Shown here piece by piece: positions 58,193 to 64,000 of a stretch of 64,000 bases of DNA (the stretch's first letter is position 1; every line of letters begins with the position of its first letter). The translations under genes were made by a program, and so were the position numbers. The DNA comes from Bacillales bacterium UBA6120 (lineage in GTDB: Bacteria; Bacillota_I; Bacilli_A; RFN20; CAG-826): positions 4,172 to 68,171 of the forward strand of contig DIVY01000010.1 of the NCBI GenBank assembly GCA_002422535.1, read 5' to 3'. Below the pieces are notes generated by a model. The model worked only from the letters and a program-made list of their open reading frames with translations. It was not told the DNA's origin and searched no databases.

Positions 58193-58869
58193 GCCGGATT
58201 GCCGATATACCCCCGCAAGCGCGTCCTCGTGAACGAGCGTGGCGCTTAGGCATCAATGCCCTCGAATCGGCCGAATTGCTCGCGTTAGTAATTGGGAGCG
58301 GCGTCAATAATCATTCGGCGCTTGATATCGGCTATCAACTGACGATGGGACATGGTGGCTTATTAGGGTTATTGAAGTATAGTCCAACACAATTTTTAAA
58401 TGTCCCTGGTATCAATAAGGCCAATGCCATCAAGCTTTTAGCCGTATGCGAAATCGCGAGGCGCATGCAGAAAGACCGGAGTGAGGAACCGCTAATCTTT
58501 CGAAATGCGAGCCAAATTTTTGAGATGTATCATTTATGGTTAAGCAGTGTCCCCCACGAAAAGATGATTATGGTGATGCTCAATCATCAAAACCGTCTCA
58601 TCAGCGAAAAAATTATCTATCAGGGAAGCTCCAGCAAGGTTAGCGTGTCGTTACGGGATTTATATGTGGAATTATTTTCCCACAACGCCCATAAATTTAT
58701 CCTTGTTCATAATCACCCCGGGGGAGATGCTTTGCCGAGTCAAGATGATATAAAGACAACGATAGTTATTAAACAAGAAGCATTAAAACTTGGCCTAACA
58801 CTGCTCGATCATGTCATTATCGGCGATAATTGTTACTATTCGATGATGGAACAGAAATTACTTGGATAA
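58183..58869 (+). CDS. radC: RadC-like JAB/MPN domain protein (UPF0758)
   Basis: 228 aa. N-terminal HhH region and C-terminal JAMM-like motif HNHPGG...SQDD. Confidence 0.88.
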   Translation: MEMSRIADIPPQARPRERAWRLGINALESAELLALVIGSGVNNHSALDIGYQLTMGHGGLLGLLKYSPTQFLNVPGINKANAIKLLAVCEIARRMQKDRSEEPLIFRNASQIFEMYHLWLSSVPHEKMIMVMLNHQNRLISEKIIYQGSSSKVSVSLRDLYVELFSHNAHKFILVHNHPGGDALPSQDDIKTTIVIKQEALKLGLTLLDHVIIGDNCYYSMMEQKLLG

Positions 58870-58919
58870 ACATTAAAATCTAACTAAAATTACTTATGTT
58901 TCAAATGAAACGTTAATAA

Positions 58920-58948
58920 TTGACTACCCTTATAACATATGTTATATT
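58920..58948 (+). promoter_or_regulatory. Sigma-A-like promoter for rplU-prp-rpmA
   Basis: TTGACT at 58920-58925, 17 nt, TATATT at 58943-58948. Confidence 0.6.
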
Positions 58949-58954
58949 ACTTGC

Positions 58955-59047
58955 GTTGTCGCCTCACTAGCTACAACCGCCTCTTACTAGGCATCTAACT
59001 AATGATTTCATTGGCCTAACGAGCGAGTCGAGAGTGAAATCACCAAT
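58955..59047 (+). promoter_or_regulatory. Candidate L21-type ribosomal protein leader RNA upstream of rplU
   Basis: About 100-nt untranslated leader between the promoter and the GGAGGTG Shine-Dalgarno. Low-GC Gram-positives carry a conserved structured leader at this position. The structure was not verified here. Confidence 0.35.
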
Positions 59048-59059
59048 AGGAGGTGCCAC

Positions 59060-59368
59060 ATGTACGCAATTATTGAAACTGGTGGTAAACAAATCAAGGT
59101 GGAAGTCGGGCAAAAAGTGTTTGTTGAAAAACTGGACGCTGAAGCTGGAACGATTTACACATTTGATAAGGTGCTGCTGGTCGCCGACGACAAAGTGACG
59201 TTTGGAACGCCGCTTGTCAAAGGTGCGACGGTAACCGCCAAGGTCGAAAAGCAAGGACTTAGTCGCAAGCTTAAAGTATTCAAATACAAAGCGAAGCACA
59301 ATGTCCGTAAAACAATCGGCCATCGGCAACCATACACCGCGCTTGTCATTGAAACCATTAATCGTTAA
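59060..59368 (+). CDS. rplU: 50S ribosomal protein L21
   Basis: 102 aa, [18 protein letters not shown]..., the canonical L21 sequence. Confidence 0.97.
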   Translation: MYAIIETGGKQIKVEVGQKVFVEKLDAEAGTIYTFDKVLLVADDKVTFGTPLVKGATVTAKVEKQGLSRKLKVFKYKAKHNVRKTIGHRQPYTALVIETINR

Positions 59369-59370
59369 TT

Positions 59371-59679
59371 ATGATCAAAGTTGTCTATCAAGCAGAGGAA
59401 GGCAAGATTTACCTAAAAGTCAGCGGACACGCTAGTAGCGCCCTGTATGGCCAGGACCTGGTATGCGCGAGCGTTAGTTCGATCACGACCGGTGCTCTTA
59501 ATGCCCTAGAAAATCCCACATCCTTCAAAATCGTCGCTCGTGAAGGATTGCTTGAATTGACGTCGCTATCACAAACAACGAACCACGACTCCATCGTATT
59601 GCACACCATGCTGACGCAACTAGAAACAATTGCCGAAAGTTACCCGCAATACATCAATATCTCAAGGAAAGGAAAATAA
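59371..59679 (+). CDS. prp: Ribosomal-processing cysteine protease Prp (YsxB)
   Basis: 102 aa, the conserved SGHA...C region ([21 protein letters not shown]). It lies between rplU and rpmA. Confidence 0.88.
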   Translation: MIKVVYQAEEGKIYLKVSGHASSALYGQDLVCASVSSITTGALNALENPTSFKIVAREGLLELTSLSQTTNHDSIVLHTMLTQLETIAESYPQYINISRKGK

Positions 59680-59684
59680 CCATC

Positions 59685-59981
59685 ATGATGATGTTTAAAC
59701 TAAACATTCAACAATTCGCCAGCAAAAAGGGCGTTGGTTCCACTCGTAATGGCCGTGACTCGGCTTCTAAGCGTTTAGGCGCCAAGCTTGCTGACGGCCA
59801 ATGGTGCCATGCCGGCTCGATTATATATCGCCAACGAGGCACGAAAATTTATCCCGGGAACAACACAATGCGAGGTGGCGATGACACGATCTTCGCCACG
59901 AAAAACGGCATCGTTAAATTCGAGCGCTGGGGCAAAGACCGTAAGCGCGTTCACGTCGTTGAACAAGCGGCGGCTGAATAA
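59685..59981 (+). CDS. rpmA: 50S ribosomal protein L27, with N-terminal propeptide
   Basis: The N-terminal extension [12 protein letters not shown] precedes the mature [14 protein letters not shown]... This is the Prp cleavage substrate pattern found in Firmicutes. Confidence 0.95.
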   Translation: MMMFKLNIQQFASKKGVGSTRNGRDSASKRLGAKLADGQWCHAGSIIYRQRGTKIYPGNNTMRGGDDTIFATKNGIVKFERWGKDRKRVHVVEQAAAE

Positions 59982-59988
59982 GATAAAT

Positions 59989-60013
59989 AGACCACTTAAT
60001 GTGGTCTTTTTTT
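59989..60013 (+). terminator. Intrinsic terminator after rpmA
   Basis: AGACCAC-TTAAT-GTGGTCT followed by TTTTTT. Confidence 0.85.
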
Positions 60014-60053
60014 AACCAATTCGCTATACTTACTAAAGTAAGGATATTTAATT

Positions 60054-61019
60054 ATGAAACTAATTTCCATCGTCGTGCCAATGTATAATGAGAGCCCCGT
60101 TGTCCGTCTTTTTTTCACGCGGGTCAACGAGGTCATTAACGCCATCCCCGATTATGAATTTGAAATCGTGGTCGTGAATGATGGATCAAAGGACAATACC
60201 CTTGAGTTATTAAAAGAACAGCAGAAGAAGCAAAAAAATGTCGTGGTCGTCGCTTTGTCGCGCAATTTTGGCCATGAACCAGCGGTGGCTGCTGGCATCA
60301 AGGTCGCGAAAGGCGATGCCGTCATTCCGATGGATGCCGATTTACAAGATCCACCCGAACTCATCATTGAGTTTTTAAAGAAGTTTGAAGAAGGCTATGA
60401 AGTCGTCAATGCCAAACGTGGTTCACGGATGGATGATTCATTCATGAAACGAACGACCGCCAAATACTTTTATGCGTTGATTGGAAAGATTTCCGGAAAA
60501 GTCACGATTCCTAATAACGTGGGTCACTTTCGCCTCATCTCGCGTCGTGTCTGCGATGAAATTAACCAATTAAGTGAAAAGAATCGCGTCTTTAGGATCG
60601 AAGTCCCGTTTGTTGGCCATAAAACCACCGAAGTCTTATTCAAGCGTCCCAAACGAGCCGGTGGCGTGAGCCATTATAACTATAAATCGATGTTTAAACT
60701 GGCGTTTGATGCCATTGCTGCTAGTACGAGCACGCCATTAACGTGGCCGCTAAAATTTACGATTGCCTTTTTCTTCCTGTTAGGATTATCCAGCCTTACG
60801 CAATTAGTGCTATTCATCTTAGGCATTACGAATGTCATGGTTCCAATCGGCGCTTCCGCCCTTTTGACATGGCTCGCTATTAATGTTGTCGGATTATTCT
60901 TCTTCATCATGATGTTTTTCCTCTCGATTATGGCGTTATATCTAGCCCGCGTATTCATTGAAACGCAAAATCGTCCCTTCTTTATCATCGATGAAGTTTA
61001 TCGGTCCCGTCAGGAATAA
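60054..61019 (+). CDS. Family 2 glycosyltransferase, polyprenyl-phosphate sugar transferase type (GtrB/CsbB-like)
   Basis: 321 aa. N-terminal GT-A fold (VVPMYNE, DGSKDNT, DADLQD) and two C-terminal TM helices. Confidence 0.85.
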   Translation: MKLISIVVPMYNESPVVRLFFTRVNEVINAIPDYEFEIVVVNDGSKDNTLELLKEQQKKQKNVVVVALSRNFGHEPAVAAGIKVAKGDAVIPMDADLQDPPELIIEFLKKFEEGYEVVNAKRGSRMDDSFMKRTTAKYFYALIGKISGKVTIPNNVGHFRLISRRVCDEINQLSEKNRVFRIEVPFVGHKTTEVLFKRPKRAGGVSHYNYKSMFKLAFDAIAASTSTPLTWPLKFTIAFFFLLGLSSLTQLVLFILGITNVMVPIGASALLTWLAINVVGLFFFIMMFFLSIMALYLARVFIETQNRPFFIIDEVYRSRQE

Positions 61020-61020
61020 T

Positions 61021-62289
61021 GTGTTTATTGATCGCGCAAAAATAGAAGTCAAATCCGGCAAGGGAGGCGATGGAATCATCGCTTTTCACACTGAGAAATT
61101 TATTGCTCGGGGCGGCCCAAGTGGCGGCAATGGCGGTCGGGGTGGTTCCGTCATCTTTGTGGCCTCCAAAGAAGTGACCACCCTTGTCAATTTTCGCTAC
61201 AGCAAAGTCATTAAAGCTGATGATGGCAATAAAGGCATGGCCAAGAACATGTATGGCCGGAGCGCTAAAGATGTATCGGTAAAAGTCCCCCTAGGCACCG
61301 TCATCTTTGAAGAGCCAAGCCATCAATTAATTGCCGATTTATCGACTGAAGGACAAGAATTCATCGTTGCTAAAGGCGGCCGTGGCGGCCGTGGCAACGC
61401 TTGTTTTAAAAGTTCAGTTAACCGCGCGCCCCGTATTGCCGAAAATGGAATGCCTGGCGTCAGCAAAAAGCTTACGCTCGAACTTAAGCTATTAGCCGAT
61501 GTTGGCCTTGTCGGCCTTCCTAGCGTTGGGAAAAGTACATTGCTAAGCGTTATTTCCAATGCCAAACCTGAAATTGCCGATTATGAATTTACGACCATTT
61601 ATCCCAATTTAGGCGTGGTGGAACTACCTGGGGCCACTTCATTCGTGGTGGCCGATTTGCCCGGGCTGATTGAAGGCGCGCATTTAGGTAAGGGTCTTGG
61701 ACTACAGTTTTTACGCCATTTAGAGCGCTGTCGCCTCATCATTCACGTGATCGACATGAGTAGTGGCCGTAATCCTGTCGCTGACTTTAACACGATTAAA
61801 GCCGAACTTAAAACTTATCAAAGCGGTTTGACGAAGCGACCCGCGGTTATCGCCGCCTCCAAGATGGATGAACCAGGCGCGGAAGCCGCCTTGAAATTGT
61901 TAAAAAAAGGCGTTCGGAAAACAAAAATATTTCCCATTTCGGCACTAACGCATCAAGGCATTAATGAACTGATGTATGAATGCGTCGCCTTGCTTAAGAC
62001 CGTACCACCGATGCCCCTCGAGATTGAAAAGTCGCGGATTCGTGTTTATCAAGCAAAAGAAGAAGCACCCATCTTTGAAATCACTCGAAGAAACGAGCAT
62101 ACCTTCATTCTTGGTGGTGAACGGCTAATTAGAACTTATCGCCTCATCAATATTTCAACCGATGAAGGTTTGTTAAAACTTTTGGCGTATCTAAGAAAAA
62201 TCCGCGTTGAAGATAAACTTCGCGATATGGGGGCTAGAGATGGTGACACGGTCATTCTTGAAGATTTCGAGTTTGAATATTACTCTTAG
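61021..62289 (+). CDS. obg: GTPase Obg
   Basis: 423 aa from the GTG at 61021 (VFIDRAKIEVKSGKGGDG...). Gly-rich Obg fold, G domain (GLPSVGKST, DLPGLIEGA, SKMD) and C-terminal TGS-like domain. The ORF-track start at 60958 would overlap the glycosyltransferase and is rejected. Confidence 0.9.
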   Translation: MFIDRAKIEVKSGKGGDGIIAFHTEKFIARGGPSGGNGGRGGSVIFVASKEVTTLVNFRYSKVIKADDGNKGMAKNMYGRSAKDVSVKVPLGTVIFEEPSHQLIADLSTEGQEFIVAKGGRGGRGNACFKSSVNRAPRIAENGMPGVSKKLTLELKLLADVGLVGLPSVGKSTLLSVISNAKPEIADYEFTTIYPNLGVVELPGATSFVVADLPGLIEGAHLGKGLGLQFLRHLERCRLIIHVIDMSSGRNPVADFNTIKAELKTYQSGLTKRPAVIAASKMDEPGAEAALKLLKKGVRKTKIFPISALTHQGINELMYECVALLKTVPPMPLEIEKSRIRVYQAKEEAPIFEITRRNEHTFILGGERLIRTYRLINISTDEGLLKLLAYLRKIRVEDKLRDMGARDGDTVILEDFEFEYYS

Positions 62290-62301
62290 GAGTTATTTAG
62301 T

Positions 62302-63048
62302 ATGAATTTAGAACGATATTTAGGTACAATTGAACAGTTTCTGCGTGACACATTAATTAAAACGAACCTCACAGGTTATGTTTTAGGATTAAGTGGCGGG
62401 ATTGATTCGGCACTTGTCGGCGCAATTGCCGCCAAAGCGACTCCCGGTAAGTTATTATGTTTAATTATGCCATGTGATAGTCATGAAAGTGACGCTAAAG
62501 ACGCGATTCTTTTCGCCGAACAATTCAACATTCCGTATCAAATTGTCGATTTGACGCATTCATACGCCGTTTTGTTACAAGAGATTTCCACCAAATCCCT
62601 CGCGGCCGGCAAACCCATTGATCCTTTAGCCAGCAATAATTTAAAAGTTCGGATGCGGATGGTCACCCTCTACGCGTTTGCCCAAGCCCATCGTTCGCTC
62701 GTATTGGGCACCGATAACTGGGATGAATCATATACGGGCTATTTCACCAAATATGGTGATGGGGCCGCTGATTTACTTCCGATTGTGTCGTTGACAAAAG
62801 GAGAAGTATACGCCGCTGCTCGCTATTATGGCATACCAAAAGCTATCCTTGACCGCCAACCATCAGCCGGATTATTCCCCGGTCAAACCGACGAAGGTGA
62901 GATGGGCGTTAAATATGCTGATTTAGATGCCTTTTTATTAGGAAAAGATGTGGCGAATGCCGTAAAGGCGCGCATCGAGCATTTGCATCGAGTATCCGCC
63001 CATAAACGTGATCCGATTCCACGTCCGGAGCCCTTCATTCGTGATTAA
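62302..63048 (+). CDS. nadE: NH3-dependent NAD+ synthetase
   Basis: 248 aa. PP-loop SGGIDS and NadE C-terminal motifs. Confidence 0.92.
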   Translation: MNLERYLGTIEQFLRDTLIKTNLTGYVLGLSGGIDSALVGAIAAKATPGKLLCLIMPCDSHESDAKDAILFAEQFNIPYQIVDLTHSYAVLLQEISTKSLAAGKPIDPLASNNLKVRMRMVTLYAFAQAHRSLVLGTDNWDESYTGYFTKYGDGAADLLPIVSLTKGEVYAAARYYGIPKAILDRQPSAGLFPGQTDEGEMGVKYADLDAFLLGKDVANAVKARIEHLHRVSAHKRDPIPRPEPFIRD

Positions 63049-63049
63049 T

Positions 63050-63142
63050 ATGGAAGAAAAACACCAAATATATAGTTTTATTGCCCTTTTAAGTGCGATT
63101 TTGCTCTTAATTGTGGCCATAATATTTATACTGGTAAATTAG
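63050..63142 (+). CDS. Possible 30-aa hydrophobic micropeptide
   Basis: Reads MEEKHQIYSFIALLSAILLLIVAIIFILVN. It lies 1 nt after the nadE stop, has no convincing Shine-Dalgarno, and may be spurious. Confidence 0.2.
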   Translation: MEEKHQIYSFIALLSAILLLIVAIIFILVN

Positions 63143-63149
63143 TTAGATT

Positions 63150-63710
63150 ATGTTTTATTCATTAACAGGAAAAATTAGCGAAAACCATTCTGGCTATATC
63201 GTGATTGATACCGGCGCCATCGCTTATCAAGTGCTGGTGTCCCGGCCCGATTATTTTTCGCTGGGAACAGTGATGACTGTTTTTACGTATCAAGTAGTGC
63301 GCGACGATGAAATATATTTATGTGGTTTCCGCGATAAGGACGATAAAGACATGTTTTTACGCCTAATTTCTGTCAAAGGGATTGGACCCAAGACGGCGCT
63401 TGGCGCGATGGCGACGACAACTTCCAATGACTTAGTGACCGCCATTAGTGCGAATAACATTACTTTTTTAAAGAAATTGCCAGGAATTGGTGCCAAAGCC
63501 GCTGCTCAAATCATCCTTGATCTGCGGGGCCAATTAACCGGAGGCGAAAAAGGCAATCCTGACCAATATGAAGACGTTCGTAACGCTTTAAAGCAACTTG
63601 GCTTCCGTGTGGGTGAAATCGATCGCGTTTTAGCCCATATCAATTTGCCGAACGCTAATAACGAAGACATTTTAAAAGAAGCACTTATGAAACTAAGGAA
63701 AACGTCATGA
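63150..63710 (+). CDS. ruvA: Holliday junction DNA helicase RuvA
   Basis: 186 aa. OB-fold N-terminus and tandem HhH motifs ([20 protein letters not shown]). Confidence 0.93.
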   Translation: MFYSLTGKISENHSGYIVIDTGAIAYQVLVSRPDYFSLGTVMTVFTYQVVRDDEIYLCGFRDKDDKDMFLRLISVKGIGPKTALGAMATTTSNDLVTAISANNITFLKKLPGIGAKAAAQIILDLRGQLTGGEKGNPDQYEDVRNALKQLGFRVGEIDRVLAHINLPNANNEDILKEALMKLRKTS

Positions 63711-64000
63711 CGCGATTATTAGATGCCAAAAAACATAGTGAAGATGAAACCGAGATCAGTTTACGGCCGTCTCATTTAAGCGAATATGTTGGACAAACCG
63801 ATCTTAAGAAAAACCTGGAAATATTTATTGGAGCCGCATTATTTCGTCAAGAATCGCTTGATCATGTCCTCCTTTATGGTCCCCCTGGACTCGGCAAGAC
63901 TACGCTGGCCTATGTCGTCGCTAATGAAATGAAGGCCAGCATTAAAACCGTCAATGGCCCGACGATTGAACGCGCTGGCGACCTGGCGGCAATATTGACG
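63707..64000 (+). CDS. ruvB: Holliday junction DNA helicase RuvB, N-terminal fragment; continues beyond the window
   Basis: ATGA overlap with ruv[14 protein letters not shown]...[14 protein letters not shown] Walker A. Confidence 0.93.
   Translation, partial: MTRLLDAKKHSEDETEISLRPSHLSEYVGQTDLKKNLEIFIGAALFRQESLDHVLLYGPPGLGKTTLAYVVANEMKASIKTVNGPTIERAGDLAAILT

Noticed and set aside
58870-58915. Short hairpin GTTTC-AAAT-GAAAC after radC
   Set aside because: The 5-bp AT-rich stem has no U-tract and is unlikely to be a functional terminator. The rplU promoter follows immediately.
59788-60015. 75-aa ORF overlapping the rpmA 3' end and its terminator
   Set aside because: It is an out-of-frame overlap of L27 running into the terminator hairpin. 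It has no Shine-Dalgarno.
1-64000. Numerous 60-130-aa antisense or out-of-frame ORFs in the six-frame track, for example 319-516(-), 7710-7898(-), 19625-19960(-), 29506-29892(-), 33717-34064(-) and 47198-47440(-)
   Set aside because: All are embedded inside strongly supported conserved genes on the other strand or frame. They have no Shine-Dalgarno signals and only low-complexity translations, so they are treated as spurious.
1-64000. Scan for CRISPR arrays, IS elements, integrases, prophage or defence-system genes
   Set aside because: There are no direct-repeat arrays and no transposase, integrase or recombinase-like ORFs. There is no restriction, abortive-infection or toxin-antitoxin signature. 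The region is dense conserved housekeeping.

Overview
This 64 kb window reads as a core housekeeping region of a low-GC Gram-positive (Firmicutes or Mollicutes-related) chromosome that uses the standard genetic code. It is almost fully coding and carries about 60 genes in strongly Bacillus-like synteny. Identifiable blocks include gcvPA-gcvPB-lpd, thrS-infC-rpmI-rplT, degV-glcK-pyk-pfkA, dnaB-dnaI, dnaE-polA-mutM/coaE, nrnA, ackA, glgB-glgP, trmH-pheS-pheT, mraZ-rsmH-ftsA-ftsZ, ileS-lspA-rluD, rnhC, mutS2-uvrC, tRNA-Arg, tig-lon-engB, valS, radC, rplU-prp-rpmA, obg, nadE and ruvA-ruvB. Four T-box leaders (thrS, pheS, ileS, valS), an L20-type attenuator leader on infC, an L21-type leader on rplU, several sigma-A-like promoters and intrinsic terminators are visible. 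No mobile elements, CRISPR arrays or obvious defence islands are present. The most unusual items are a tandem-duplicated AdoMetDC-fold protein whose N-terminal half has lost the self-processing serine while the C-terminal half keeps it. An Fpg and CoaE pair is fused into one ORF. The dcw cluster is stripped to mraZ-rsmH, two micro membrane ORFs and ftsA-ftsZ. A small peptide with a double-glycine-like leader is coupled to radC. Two proteins without confident annotation sit at 22138-23058 and 49960-50838. All calls come from reading the sequence and the ORF translations by eye; no database search was run.
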